From the human T2T-CHM13v2.0 reference genome, Homo sapiens, in NCBI RefSeq assembly GCF_009914755.1, contig NC_060925.1: a stretch of 64,000 nucleotides of DNA. One strand, written 5' to 3'. Under the pieces are notes generated by a model. That model was not told where the DNA came from. It searched no databases and saw only the letters and a program-made list of their open reading frames with translations. Below are positions 45,201 to 59,157 of this stretch, one piece after another (positions within the stretch are counted from its first letter, which is position 1; every line of letters starts with the position of its first letter). A program made the translations under genes and the position numbers.

Positions 45201-45949
45201 CCAAGTAATCCAGGTCTCCCATTTGAATGAAAAGTAATCTCTCATTCATTTAACTGTTCATTTAATAAATATGTGGTTGACTTCAGTAATTTCATTAGGC
45301 AAGATTCACTCAAGAAGTTGGAAGGAGAAGGGCGACTGAGGAGACAACTAGGTTAACAGGTACTCTACAGAGGGACAGAGTGACAAATGCTTTCACAGAC
45401 ACATGGAAATGATTTGGGGGATGATGATTACCACTTGGCATACTGATGTTCCCCCATTTCTTTTTCTTCCTCCTTTTTAAACCCCAAGGATTATAATTTA
45501 CTTTCATGACCAAACTTCTATTTTATATCAGTCAGGTTAGAAGTGATAATGTAACTATAAGTTTTTTCAGATCAGTTAGTTGCAATAATAAAAGGAAAAC
45601 AGGCCTATGCATCTTTTTTAAAAAGACATTTTGAAATTGACCGCCTTGAGTGAACTGCCAAACCTAGATTTTAATTTGACTGATGTTTGTGCCTACAAAG
45701 GTTTTGCTTGTAAAGAAATTGAATTTTAAAAACAATTTCCAGAGGAACTTCGATTATAGTATTGCTTCACTACTAATTTCATTTACTTAACTGTCTACAT
45801 GTGATAGAAAATTTTGATTATTATTAGTTTAAAATTTTCACAGTTTGGGTGCTGAATTTATGGCTTTGGTATACTGCCGAATCTGTAGTAAGTGTGGTAT
45901 CTTTTAATAATATCCAAATACAAGAGCTTTTTGTGTAGTAAAGAATTTA

Positions 45950-47609
<1,660 letters not shown>

Positions 47610-47871
47610 AAAGAATTTAACTTGGGCCAGGAAGAGGTCTAGCCTTTTCTCATCGCTCCTGGGAGGTATTTATTTCCCTTGGTGGTTTGGACTAGACAGA
47701 TATTAACACTGATTTACCATGGGGACTGACCATATCAGAAAGACCAATGGTGTGATTTAAGGTACAGACATTGAATCATGGGGTACTAGTAAACCTAGAG
47801 ATTAAATCAACCATGTAGACATTTATCAATTATGCCTATATAATGAGGCCCCAGTGAAAACTTTGAGCCTC

Positions 47872-48024
47872 GCAGGGTACGATGGCATGCACCTGTAGTC
47901 TCAACTACTTCAGATGCTAAGGTGGGATGATCTCTTGAGCACAGGAGATTGGGTCCAGCCTGGGCAACATGGCAAGACCTGTCCCTAAGAAGAAATCAAC
48001 CAATCAATTAATCAATCAATCAAT
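47872..48024 (+). mobile_element. FLAM Alu monomer with a (TCAA)n tail
   Basis: 'cctgtagtctcaactact...cttgagcacaggagattgggtccagcctgggcaacatggcaagacc'. Degenerate TSD ctttgagcctc/ctctgaacctc. Confidence 0.85.
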
Positions 48025-48652
48025 CTCTGAACCTCAAACCTGTGGGAGCTTGGCCATACCTCTTGCATACTGTCATACATTGAAGCTGGGAAAGTAACAG
48101 GTACTTTCTCAGATTTCACCCTATGTACTTCATCCTCCTTTGTCTAATTTTAATTTATAACCTTTTCCTTTAATTAAGCATATATATGGGTATAGTAGCT
48201 GTCAGTGAGTTCTTTGAATTATTTTGTCTAATTATCAAACTGAGGATAGTTAGTTTCATAGTCAGTGGTGGACTGTATCCCTCTAACAGAATACTGGGCT
48301 AAACTCTTTTCACCTCCTAATATATGTGTGCGGGTGACATACAAGCTTATTTAGGTTTATTATTAGAACACTAAAAAGCTTTCATTAGCGAGAAAAAAGA
48401 CTCACTTCAGGCTATAAAGGATTAAATTTGAAAAAGGCAGTGACACAGGTGTCAAATTGTTCATCATTTCCACTATGTAAGTGGCATCTAAACTGTAAAT
48501 TTCCCTCACTCTACTATTCAGATTCTTTTCAAAGCCAGTAAACATCTTCAACAGATACAAAGTAATCGATGGTGGTTATTCAGCCTTTCTAAAGTGTTGT
48601 CCTTCAAAGGTCTGTGTGACACTTTATTTAAACCACTAATGTTCTCTCTAAT

Positions 48653-48782
48653 TAGAGAAACTGCATAATTATTGTCCAAACCAGAATACTTTTGATATTG
48701 AAAGGGGATATTGTTAATAATTTATACTAGAAAAGCATGTAGGAAGCAGGACTATCTCAACAAATTGTGATATATGTCTCTA
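48653..48782. mobile_element. MER94-like hAT-Blackjack MITE
   Basis: 'ataattattgtccaaaccagaatacttttgatattgaaaggggatattgttaataatt', about 130 bp. Confidence 0.65.
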
Positions 48783-49149
48783 GCTTGCTGTGGAGGCAGA
48801 TTTGCCTAGGAAAATTGTTTTAGACAAAATGAAAACAAAACAAGACTGAGGTGTATCATGAGTAAGTTCTATAAATCATATCTAAGTGTGAACTTTAAAA
48901 TGTGAGAGTGCGTTACATATGAATTCTTTCATTAACTTTTTTCTGAATAATTCAAATTGCCTTTTGAAATTATGAATTTCTCAAATAATCATATTTTGCC
49001 CATGTAACAAGAATGTAATACCATATGACAATTTTAACTGGGGAAGTCAATGGCATTGATTTTTTTTTTAACCAGGCTTTATCGTTGCCTTGGTGGAAAA
49101 CATGTGACTTGTATTTCAATCTATTCCCAGCTGTGTTTTTCCTGTTCTC

Positions 49150-49760
49150 AAAAACAACTAGGCGGTGTGTTGAGCACAGCAGTTATAAAGAAAAATAATC
49201 TGCAGTTTTCTCAGGGAACTTGCAATCTAGAGAAAGATACAAGGAAGAAAACAAATCATTATAATTTAATGTGGCAAAAGTTATACATCTACACAATATT
49301 AAAGGGGCATCAATAAAGACATATCTAACTCTGGAAGAGTAGTCAGGGAAAGTGTCACCAAACACTTGAAATGTATTTGTTCAGTATGTGGGAAGAGATA
49401 ACAAATATTTCAAGGATGAGAAAATATATGAAACCTTTAAAAGTCGGGGTGGGGAGGTGGTTGAACTTGCTCAGAGAATAGTGAGCAGATACATTTGACT
49501 CAAGCATAGATACCATGGTGGTTTGACAGGGACAAGCAGGAATAAGAGGCAAGGAGGGCTGTAAGAAAGAGACTGGGGTCAGTTTATGAGGGCATTAAGG
49601 CTCAGAGGAACCATTGAAGACTTTAAAGTCAGGAGATATTAATCAAGTAGGTTTTTGATGAAATAACTCTAACATAATTTCCGAAGAGATTAGAGATATC
49701 AGGAGCCAGGAACCCCATGGTGTAGATCATATAAGAAATAGAGAATGAATATGTAATTTA
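49150..49760 (-). mobile_element. L2 relic
   Basis: 'ctcagggaacttgcaatctagag', 'gtcagggaaag', 'gaaccattgaagactttaaagtcaggaga'. Confidence 0.65.
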
Positions 49761-49771
49761 GGAAAATATAA

Positions 49772-50235
<464 letters not shown>

Positions 50236-50246
50236 CTATTTTTGAC

Positions 50247-50644
50247 AGGTGGTGGTAAATGTTTGAGTTCTCCCAAAATTCGTATGTTGAAGGTGTAACC
50301 TTCAATGTGTCTGTATTTGGAGATAAGGCCTTTATAGAAGTAATTAGGGTTAGATGAGATCATGAGCTTATGGTCTTCATGATGAAATTAGAACTCTTAT
50401 TAAAAAAGATACCAGATAACTTGGTCACTCTCTTTCTTTTCTGCCCACACATAGGTTATGAGGGCATACAGTGAGATGGCAGCAGCCTGTAAGCCAGAAA
50501 CAGAAGCATCACCAGAAACTGACCATGCTGGTACCCTAATCTCAGACTTCCAGATTTCTGAAGAACTTCAAAGAAACAAAAGTCTATTGTTTAAGCCACC
50601 TAGTCTGTCACATTTTGTTATGGCAATGTGAGCTAACTAATACA
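50247..50644 (+). mobile_element. MLT1A/MSTD-like MaLR solo LTR
   Basis: 'cccaaaattcgtatgttgaa', 'gtatttggagataaggccttt', 'gaccatgctggtaccctaatctcagacttcca', end 'ctaactaataca'. Confidence 0.88.
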
Positions 50645-50919
50645 CTACCTTTAAAATATAAACTAATAAGCACGGTCTTAAGTTAATATGACTCATGCTA
50701 GGGGACCTACAGACATAGCATACTCTAACAGCAGAGCAGAGAAAAGCTTAGCCGATTTTGGGAATAAAAAGAAAACATGTGTTTTGTAGGATATTATGCC
50801 TAAGCTATATCTTAAATGGTAAGAATTCACCAGGAGCAAAATGTTAGGAATTTCTTGTCAGAAGAAATAATGTAAGCAAAAGCATCACTATTCACAGCAA
50901 ACCCAAACTGGCTGATATC

Positions 50920-51832
50920 TGTGATAGGCAAAATTCTAAGATGGCCTCTAATGTGGTTTGGCTGGGTCCCCACTCAAATCTCATCTTGAATTGTACCTCC
51001 CATAATTCCAACATGTTGTGGGAGGAACCCGGTGGGAGATAATTAAGTCATGGAGGTTGATTCCCCCATAGTGTTCTCACAGTAGTGGGTTAAGTCTCAC
51101 AAAATCTGATGATTGTATAAGGGAAAACCCCTTTTGCTTTCCTCTCATTCTGTCTTGTCTGCTGCCATGTAAGACATGCCTTTAGGCTTCCACTATGATT
51201 GTGAGGACTACCCAGCCACGTGGAACTGTGAGTCCATTAAATCTCTTTTTATTTATAAATTACCCAGTGATGGGTATGTCTTTATCAGCAGCATGACAAT
51301 GGACTAATACAACCTCTATTTTTTTAATTTTAAAATAAAATCTTGATTCCAGAAAGAACTGTGATCATGATAGGATATTATTTCTATAAATAGGTTATTA
51401 ATCACTTGACTTTGAGTTAAATATAATGATAATATCTGAGTGAACCCAACCTAACCAGGGAATCCCTTGGGAAAAATCTGGGCCCTGCCTAAAGGAAGAA
51501 TGACTGATGTTTGAGAGGGCCTATTGGGATAGTCACATGGCAGGGAACTACGAGTGGCCCTGGAGGAGCTAAGAGCAGACCCTGGCCAACAGCCAACAAC
51601 AAAATGGAAACCGCAACTGCAAGAAATTAAGTACTGTCTACAATGTAAGCTTGAAAGAGGACCCTGAGATTCAGAGAGGAATCTAGTCAACACCTTGATG
51701 CTAGCCTTGTGTTACTCTGAGCAGAGGACACAGTTCACCCCTGCCCAAACTCCTGACCCGCAGAAATAGTGTTTGTTGTTTTAGGCAAATAACTTGATGT
51801 TCATTGGTAGACGACAATAGAAACTGAATACA
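50920..51832 (+). mobile_element. MLT1E-like LTR interrupted by THE1, lying within an L2 relic
   Basis: 'tgtgataggcaaaattctaagatggcctc' ... 'cacatggcagggaactacgagtggcc' ... 'caatagaaactgaataca'. Confidence 0.82.
50949..51311 (+). mobile_element. THE1 (THE1C-like) solo LTR
   Basis: 'tggtttggctgggtccccactcaaatctcatcttgaattgta' ... 'ggactaataca'. TSD gcctc/acctc. Confidence 0.93.
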
Positions 51833-51849
51833 TTATTAGAGATCATAAA

Positions 51850-52380
51850 ATATATAACCAAGAGAGGCAAGATATGAACGAGAAAGATTGAATTTTCATG
51901 AATCGTCTGATTTTTTATAAGAAACTTGGAATTTTTATGTGAGGGATGGGAATCCTAGAGTGACTATAAGGAGGGGCATAACAGGTGAGATTTCAAGATT
52001 TCACGTGCTCAAGATTGCCCTGACTGCATTTTAGAGGACAAATACGACAATGTTGCTATTGATCATGTAAGAGGCTACTGGGATCATCTGGGAGATAGCA
52101 ATGGAGAGTCTGGGCTAGAGTAATCGTAGTAGGAATGGAGTAAAAATGAATGCATTAAATAAAATTAGGAGATAAATTCACTGGTGTGGAGATTATTTGC
52201 ATGTGGAAGATGACAGAAAATAAACGTCTGAATGACTCCCAGATTTCTACTTTGGATGTCCCGAATGATGGGCTGCAACTTTCAATGGGAATGCAGGAGG
52301 AGGTACAGATTTGAATTGATGGGTGAGAGAAAACAAATTAAATTTTGGAAATGCAGTGTTTGGAGTATCTATAGAACAAA
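51850..52380 (-). mobile_element. L2 relic
   Basis: 'gaggctactgggatcatctgggagatagcaatggagagtctgggctagag', 'gaatgactcccagatttct'. Confidence 0.7.
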
Positions 52381-53689
52381 ATATGAAGAAAAATGATATC
52401 CCAAATATTAGAGTACACTTTTATGTGAAATGCAATTCACAATCTCCTTCTTAGAAAAAAAAAGTAGTATCTCTGATAAAATTTTCAAGATATTTCAAAA
52501 GAAATTTTTAAACTTTTAATAATATTCAGACTGATTCTGGGAAAGTAATCCCCTTCCCACCCTGCTGTCAGTCAATAGTTTAATAATGTAAGATTTGTGG
52601 GGTATTTTTTGAGTTTTGTATAAGTATTTTATAATGTTTTTTTCCAGAGATATCTCTAGTAAGCATAAGTTGGAACTGGTCTGTATCAGGAATCTACCCT
52701 TGTATCAAGATTGAAATGATACTTGAATGTGTGGTCTTATCTAAATGTTCTGAAAATTTTACTTCAGATAATATAAATAAATATTTCTGGTAAGAAGTTG
52801 GTATTTTCAGTCTCTATATCTGATATCAGTATCAGACTATGCAATAAACAACGTGGAGCCCAGGAAAGAGACAGGAACTTGGCAATCAAAAGCTAAGGAG
52901 CAGAAGAACATCAAACAGTCTTGCCCTATGAAAATATGGATCAAAGTGTAATGGTTACACTTTGGAACAGTTATAATGGTAAATTATAACAAGCTATATT
53001 AAATATATATTTTATGTAAAATTATAATAAATCATAGTAATCTAACAAATTGCTCTTCCAGTAAAGGTTGGATAATTCTAAGACATCTTGAGTAATCTTA
53101 AACAAATTTCAATAAAATATAGTTGAACCATAAAATAAATTTTAATAATGCTTGCAAAACTGTCTTTGCTAATAACATTTATAATAAAGCTTAAAAACTG
53201 GAATTGGACTACCAAACTAGCTAAGTCTAAAGATATAATTTGAAGGAGAGAATGGAACAAGTTACTGAGTGACAAAGAGACTATGTAGAGAATTAATTCG
53301 CCTCTGTATAGAATTTCCAAAAAGGAATTAACTCAAGACTCTATGGACTGATAAGAATCAAATTTGGCCTGGAATCAGTTAACTGGCAAGAGTTTGACCT
53401 CCCTAAAATCAAAGATGACATGGGAGGGCAGGTTGTTTTTATCCCTAAAATCAAATATGCCTTGTGAAATATTAAGACATTAAAAGATACTAACTACAAA
53501 ATCATTTCTGATTGCATTATCATCTTTAGTAAATATAATTTATAAAAAGTTCTCAAACAAATCAGAATCCTGCCTGACTCCTGAACATGAAGTGGGACCA
53601 CAGCACAACAGAAACTGAGACTCCTCCCCAGCAGAGATGACCACTGTGAATGAAGTTTTGGAAATTGTGTAAAAGAGGCATTGTGTTCA

Positions 53690-53865
53690 GTCATCCAGTC
53701 ATCCATCCATTCCGTTGTATGCACATTCATATAAGCATTGATTTTACTACATTCTATGCCTTTAATCTGCTGGGTGCTAAACCTGCAATTCTGAACAAAC
53801 TAGACAGAATCCCAGCTGTCATCAAGCTTACATTTCTTCATGGGAGATAGGTATTAAACAAATAT
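53690..53865 (-). mobile_element. L2 3' end relic
   Basis: 'tcatccagtcatccatccattc...ctgggtgct...acaaactagacagaatcccagctgtcatcaagcttacatt'. Confidence 0.7.
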
Positions 53866-54197
53866 TATAATATTAATTATAATGTTATATGATTAATATG
53901 ATAATTATATTATAATTATAATGTGATGTACATTTAATTACAATATAATTATATTTTAGTTTTGTTATGATATTAATTTAATATTATAACAATTATATTA
54001 AAATATTTTAATATATTTTATAATTGTAATATAATGATATAGTAAAAATATATTATAATTAATATAATACAATATAATACACAATATAATATTATATTAT
54101 AATAGTGCTATAATATTAAATGAATATTATAACATTATAAAACTAAAATGTATATTAAAATATAAATGCTGCGAAGAGTACAATGAGAGAGCAAGTG

Positions 54198-54233
<36 letters not shown>

Positions 54234-54240
54234 TATATAA
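53860..54240. repeat. AT-rich low-complexity tract plus (TA)n(CA)n
   Basis: About 300 bp that is almost entirely A/T (TATAAT-like units), then a dinucleotide repeat at about 54197-54235. Confidence 0.92.
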
Positions 54241-54518
54241 TGTATATATCCTGTCAAAATTTGAGAGATAAGAAAAAATATCTTTAAGAAATACAGGTGG
54301 ACCTGTAAGAAATAGAAGGAAGGTAACTGGAAAAAGAGAAATAATGGCTTTCCAAAGAAATAACACAAACCTTCCCCTGAGGCATAAAGAATCATGGCCA
54401 CTGTATCTTGCAACACCTAGACACAAAAATAGCTTCTCCTTAGAAACTTAGAAAGGTAAGATGAGAAAGGATCAGATCGAATAATTGGAAATTTTTCTCT
54501 GTTGTTACTTTGTCTCAG

Positions 54519-57497
54519 TGTATTAGTCTGTTCTCATGCTTCTATAAAGAGCTGCCTGAGACTGAGTAATTTATAAACGAAAGAAGTTTAATTGAATCAC
54601 AGTTCTGCAGGGCTGAGGAGGCCTCAGGAAACTGTCATGGCAGAAGATGAAGCAAGCATGTCTTTCTTCACAAGGTGGCAGCAAGGAGAAGTGCTGAGCA
54701 AAGGGGGAAAAGCCCCTTAGAAAATAATCAGATTTCCTGAGAACTCACTCACTAGCACAAAAACAGCATGAGGGTAACTGCCCCCATGATTGAATTACTT
54801 CCCACTGGGTCCCTCCCATGACATGTGGGGATTATGGGAACTACAATTCAAGATGAGATTTGGGTGAGGACACAGCCAAATTATATCATTCCACCTTTGG
54901 CCTCTCCCAAATCTCATATTCTCACATTTCAAAACACAGTCATCTTTCAACAGCCCCCCAAAGTCTTAACTTCTTCCACCATTAACTCGAAAGTCCTATG
55001 CCAAAGTCTCATCTGAGACAAGGCAAGTTCTTTCCACCTATGAGACTATAAAATCAAAAGCAAATTAGTTACTTCCTAGATACAATGGGGGGTACAGTCA
55101 TTGGGTAAATACACCCATTCGAAATGCAAGCAATTGGCCAAAACAAAGGGGCTACAGTCCCCATGCAAGTCCAAAATATAATAGTGCAGTCATTAAACAT
55201 TAAATTTCCAAAATGATTTCCTTTGACTCTGTGTCTCACATCCAGGGCACACTGATGCAAGAGTTAGGCTCCAACAGCCTTGGGCAGCTCCATCCCTGTG
55301 GCTTTGCAGAGTATAGCCCTCCTCCCAGCTAGTTTCATGGGCTGGCATTGAGTGTATGTGGCCTTTCTAGGTACACAGGTACACGGTGCAAGCTGTCAGT
55401 GGAGCTACCATTCTGGCATCTGGAGGATAATGGCCCTCTTCTCACAGCTCCACTGGGTAGTGCCCCAGTGTGGACTCTGTGCGGGGGCTCCAACCTCACA
55501 TTTCTCTTTTTCATTGCCCTGGCAGAGGTTCTCCGTGAGCATTCCACCCATGTAGAACACTTCTGCCTAGACATGCAGGCATTTCCACACATTCTCTGAA
55601 ATCTAGGCAGAGGTTCCTCAACATCAATTATTTACTTCTGTGGACCCACAGGCCCAGTATAATGTGAAAGCTGTCTGAAGCAATGGCCCTACCTGTACCT
55701 TGACCCCTTGTAGCCATGGCTGGAGCTAAAGCAGCTGGGATGCAGGACACCATGTCCCGAGGCTGCACAAATCAGAGGGGACCCTGGGCCTCGCCCACAA
55801 AACCATTTTTCCCTCCTAGGCCTCCAGGCCTGTGATAGGAGGTGCTGCTGCAAAGGTCTCTGACATGCCCTGGGGACATTTTCCCCATTGTCTTAGTGTT
55901 TAACATTCAGCTCCGTGTTACTTACGCAAATTTCTGCAGCTGGCTTGAATTTTGTTCCAGAAAATGGGTTTTTCTTTTCTATCACATCATCAGGCTACAA
56001 ATGTTCCAAACTTTTATGCTATGCCTCCTATTGAATGCTTTGCCACTTAGAAATTTCTTCCACCAAATACCCTAAATCATTTCTCTCTAGTTCAAAGTTC
56101 CACAGATATCTAAGGCAGGGGCAAAATGCCACCAGTCTCTTTGCATAGCAAGAGTGACCTTTACTCAAGTTCCCAAGTTCCTCATCAACATCTAATATCA
56201 CATCAGCCTGGACTTCATCATCCATATCACTAGCAGCATTTTGGTCAAAGCCATTCAACAATCTCTAGGAAGTTCCAAACTTTCCCACATCTCCCTGTCT
56301 TCTGAGCCTCCATGTCTCTGGGACATTCCAAGTATTCCCACATTTTCCTATCTTCTTCTGAGCCCTCCAAACTGTTTCAACCTCTGCCTGTCATCCAGTT
56401 CCAAAGTTACTTCTACATTTTGGGGTATCTTCAGAGCAGCACCCCACTACCCAGTACCGATGTACTGTATTTGTCCATTCTTACACTGCTAATAAAGACA
56501 TACCTGAGACTGGGTGACTAATAAAGGAAAGGGGTTTAATTAATGCAAAGTTCCGCATAACTGGGGAGGCCTCAGGAAACTTACAATAATGGTGGAAGGG
56601 GAAGTAAACATGTCCTTCTTCACATGGTGGCAGCAAGGAGAAGTGCCAAGCAAAGGGGGAAAGACTCCTTATAAAATCATCAAATCTCATGAGAAACGAC
56701 TCACTATCACAGGAATATCATGAGGGTCACCACCCACATGATTAAATTACCTCCCGCTGGGTCTCTCCTGCGGCAGGCCATGTCTCACTATTGCAGGCCT
56801 CCATAACAACTGTTTCAGTAGTGACTGAGTGGTTAAGTTAAATATTAAAAGCCCGTGCCCTTATACAAAGGCTAGGATGTAACAAAAGCCCATCAAGAGT
56901 TTTGCCTAGGACTTTCCTGGGCCTTAAAGCATGACAAAATAATGAAAGAATTCTTAACAGGGCCCATTTAAGATTAAACAAGTTTTATTTTGGGTCTGAA
57001 GAGACTCCCCAGGCTTCCACAAACAAGTTTATTGAGGGTCTGAAGGAACTCCTGAAACCTCTGTGATTTATCAGGAGACAAGATAAGGGTAATCACCCCA
57101 GCACGTGGACCCATTTAGATTAAGTAAATTTCCTCGGGCTCCAGAGGAAGGTCTTCAGGAATCAGACCTTAGTTATAGATTAAAGGAAGTTAATCACTTA
57201 CGTCTTTAGATGAATGTACACTTAATGCATAGACATATAGATTAGAAGGTTTATAAGCTCTGGAAAACTTCGTAATTTTGACTTGGTCTGGCATTAATTT
57301 TCAGGCCTTCTCCCTGTAACTGGTTACAGAAAATAAAAACTCTTTTCCTCCCTAGTTCATCTGAATCTTGTTATTAGACTGTGAGAAATAGCAGCCCAGC
57401 CCTCAGTTTGGTCTGGGAATACTTCCACAATACTTGGGGATTACAGGAACTACAATACAAAATGAGATTTGGGTGAGGACACAGCTAAACCATATCA
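54519..57497 (-). mobile_element. Full-length THE1 (THE1D-like) MaLR provirus: 3' LTR 54519-54888, internal 54889-56465, interrupted 5' LTR 56466-57497
   Basis: Two homologous LTRs ('tgtatt(a/t)gtc...atatca') flank a ~1.6-kb THE1 internal region. Degenerate TSD ctcag/tccag. Confidence 0.95.
56769..57421 (+). mobile_element. ERV1-class solo LTR (PABL-like, about 650 bp) inserted in the THE1 5' LTR
   Basis: TG start and decayed CA end ('ggaata'), 4-bp TSD ctcc/cttc, TATA-like at 57251, AATAAA at 57332. THE1 sequence rejoins seamlessly across it. Family name is from memory. Confidence 0.8.
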
Positions 57498-58569
57498 TCC
57501 AGGTAAGTATTCTCATTTAATATCTGTAATATTAATAAAGAAGGTATATATATCTGAGATAAGTGTTTAATATACTGAGATTAAATATCTTTTGTTGTTA
57601 TTATAATCGGGACTCCAACATCATATTTCAGTGCGAATAGGTAATCTCTAGAGTTGTGATAGAATTAGTGATAATATATTATTCTCATGATTAAAGTAGC
57701 TTTGTCAACTATGAGATAATAGTTGAAACATTTTCAAATAAATCTACTTAACATTCCAAATTTCATTTTAAAACCAGAATTAATATAATTAAGCTTTAAA
57801 TTAAAGGAGGTAATCAGGTTGTACAATTCAAATAATTATTTGAATTAAAAAAGGTAGTCTTCAAAATTTTAGAAAAATCTTTCATAAATCAATATGTGAA
57901 AAATTTTAGAATATTGAAAAGGTATTCACATTAATATTAAATGTACAATCTCTGAGTATATAATGACAAAACATTTTGACAAAAAGACAATGTGTTTTCT
58001 AAAATACTATAAAATCAGCCACACTAATTTGCATAGACTTAAAAAAAAAGTATGTTCTTGTGTTTTTTTAATAGATAGAGTATTTATGTACTTTCTGTGA
58101 CTAGCTTGCTAGGAAAATTTAAGTCCAGGACAAGTTTTATAACGACTATGAACTTACTGACCCGAATATGTGACATAATGGTCAGATCTAAATTTCAATG
58201 TAATGCTTCATAATGTTAAATATATTATGTTTTTAAAATAATGTTTAAACTAATAATTAATAGCCACTAATTATTAATAAAAAGGAACCTGAATAAATAT
58301 ACATTTGCACTTTTGCAAATAATCTGATTTATTAAATATTTTAAACTCATTATGGAGTTGGTCACTGAAGACTCCTTGGCTTCATTTATTTCTAGTATCA
58401 TACTCCTCAGCCTGCCAGAATGAACCACACACTTTGACCATCTCAGTGAAGAAATTGAAGAAGTACAAACAAAGAAAGGAAGATACTGCAAGAATGATTC
58501 TAAATAGTTTTCATCCCCGTAACATTTTCACAATTGTCAAATTAATCCATGAATGCATACACACATACA

Positions 58570-58925
58570 CAAGCACAATTTTGTAAGCTGGTTCTTTAAG
58601 AATAAATAAGTCAATTAGATAAAACATTGTTAACCTAATCAAGAAAAATAGAGAAAGTCTAAGAAGGAAATTATTATAGAAACAGAAGATATTTGTAAAA
58701 TATTTAAGAAACCAATTTAACAAGTCTATAGAAATAAATTTGAAAACCTAGATAAATGGATAATTTTCCAGAAAAGAAAGAATTAATTCATCAAAACTGT
58801 GTCCTGGAGATGATATAATTCTCAACAAACCATTAAGTAGAGTAAGCAGAAAAATTTGGGAGGGGAGGAATCTATCATCAAAAAAATATATAACAGTGGA
58901 TTCAGAAGAAATTACTATCCAATAC
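58570..58925 (+). mobile_element. Ancient L1M (L1ME-like) ORF2 relic, left part
   Basis: 'gctggttcttt', 'ctaatcaagaaaaatagaga', 'aaatttgaaaacctagataaatggataattttcc'. Confidence 0.8.
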
Positions 58926-59157
58926 AGAAGTCTCTACATTTGAATCTTTATAAAGGCACCACAAATCAAAATTGTATTTAAAAATAACCAGACTTATGCG
59001 AAAAGTAGGTTAGAGGATATTTGGCGGCAGTGGGAGAGGCTGGCTTGGCTAAGGTAAGGCAGGGCCTTCATGGCGAAGCCTGTGCCTCCTGCCACAGAAC
59101 TAGAACCTGCCACTGACCTTTGCAGCTACTCTGATCCTGAGAGTAAGAGCCAAGCCT

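Noticed and set aside
54825-56690. Cluster of overlapping ORFs
   Set aside because: These are THE1 internal and LTR sequence, and the ancestral MaLR ORF is fragmented.
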